From NCBI GenBank assembly GCA_028700115.1, contig JAQVTI010000010.1, positions 1 to 32,000 of the forward strand: a stretch of 32,000 nucleotides of DNA. The letters run 5' to 3'. This document shows positions 31,382-32,000 of this stretch, piece after piece. Position 1 is the stretch's first letter, and each line of letters begins with the position of its first letter. The notes beneath the pieces were generated by a model, which saw only the letters and a program-made list of their open reading frames with translations, did no database searches and was not told the DNA's origin. Source of the DNA: Candidatus Iainarchaeum sp. (lineage in GTDB: Archaea > Iainarchaeota > Iainarchaeia > Iainarchaeales > CSSED10-239). The position numbers and the translations under genes were made by a program.

Positions 31382-31774
31382 ATGAAAAATAAAACAAAAG
31401 GTTCTAATGCAGAAAGAGAACTTTTATTAAAACTTTATAAAAACGGTTTTGCTGTTTCTAGAGTTGCAGGTTCAGGTTCATCTACACTTCCTACCCCAGA
31501 TATAATTGCTGTTAAAAATAAAAAGGGCTTTGCAATTGAATGTAAAACTAAATCTGGAGAATATTTAAATATAAAAGAAACACAGATAAAAGAACTTGAA
31601 ATTTGGGAAAATTTATCTGGTTTTAAATCATATATTGCTTGGAGACTTGGAAAAGAAAATTGGTATTTTTTATATTATAAAAAAATGAACAAAACAAAAA
31701 TAGCATATTCTATAAAAAAATCAGAAATTATAGAAAAAGGAATAAATTTTTCTAATTTTATAAAATCTTTATAA
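31382..31774 (+). CDS. hjc: Holliday junction resolvase Hjc
   Basis: KGSNAERELLLKLYKNGFAVSRVAGSGSS...PDIIAVKNKKGFAIECKT carries the archaeal Hjc nuclease motifs (E...D...E-x-K). Confidence 0.85.
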   Translation: MKNKTKGSNAERELLLKLYKNGFAVSRVAGSGSSTLPTPDIIAVKNKKGFAIECKTKSGEYLNIKETQIKELEIWENLSGFKSYIAWRLGKENWYFLYYKKMNKTKIAYSIKKSEIIEKGINFSNFIKSL

Positions 31775-31856
31775 TTTAATTTTGTATTATAAAAATCTAT
31801 TTATAAACATATTTATGCATAAATATAATATAGATAAAAGGAAATAAAAGATTAAT

Positions 31857-31988
31857 ATGTATATGGAACTAGAAGAAATAATAAATGCTCTAAAAAGACA
31901 TGCTGATAAAGAAAAAGGGTTAAAAAATAGAATTCTTTATGAACAAGCTTTAAAATCATTAACTGAATTAAAAAATAGAAAAGAATAA
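31857..31988 (+). CDS. small hypothetical ORF (43 aa)
   Basis: MYMELEEIINALKRHADKEKGLKNRILYEQALKSLTELKNRKE*. There is no strong RBS, and it lies at the window edge. Confidence 0.2.
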   Translation: MYMELEEIINALKRHADKEKGLKNRILYEQALKSLTELKNRKE

Positions 31989-32000
31989 TTTATATCTAAT

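Overview
The window is extremely AT-rich and densely coded. It looks archaeal: r-proteins L31e, L39e and S19e, aIF6, prefoldin alpha, archaeal-type DnaG, Hjc, an Rpp21-like RNase P subunit, and SRP54/FtsY. The small, streamlined genes suggest a reduced DPANN-like genome, but that is inference only. All product calls come from reading motifs in the supplied translations; no database search was run.

Layout:
- 1-478: a start-less tyrosine-recombinase ORF that reads out of the 3' half of tRNA-Thr. This looks like one edge of an integrated element lying left of the window.
- 486-3800: two genes broken by 1-nt poly(A) frameshifts, a helical-repeat (mTERF-like) protein, and a tRNA-binding-domain protein flanked by tRNA-Ser and tRNA-His.
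- 3916-8803: a tight three-gene operon of type IV pilin-like proteins (class III signal peptides). Two of them carry large LamG/lectin-type ectodomains. This is my best candidate for an undescribed cell-surface or host-adhesion system.
- 8862-13650: an HD hydrolase, an orphan HicA-like gene, a bacterial-type AspRS lacking the GAD insertion, a SpoIIM-like membrane protein and a Cas4-like PD-(D/E)XK nuclease.
- 13739-14533: a wHTH plus RelE-like cassette whose toxin has in-frame stops, bracketed by an imperfect 60-nt direct repeat, followed by radC.
- 15320-25794: housekeeping genes on the minus strand (TGT, A24 prepilin peptidase, SRP54, FtsY, PfdA, aIF6, L31e, L39e, S19e, MATE, Rpp21).
- 25810-31988: tRNA-Gly, a transglutaminase-like surface protein, tRNA-Val, DnaG with a long low-complexity insert, DUF167 and Hjc.

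No CRISPR array, rRNA or IS element was seen. Several ORF-track starts are GTG/TTG artefacts and were trimmed to ATG codons with GGTGA/GGAG-type ribosome-binding sites.
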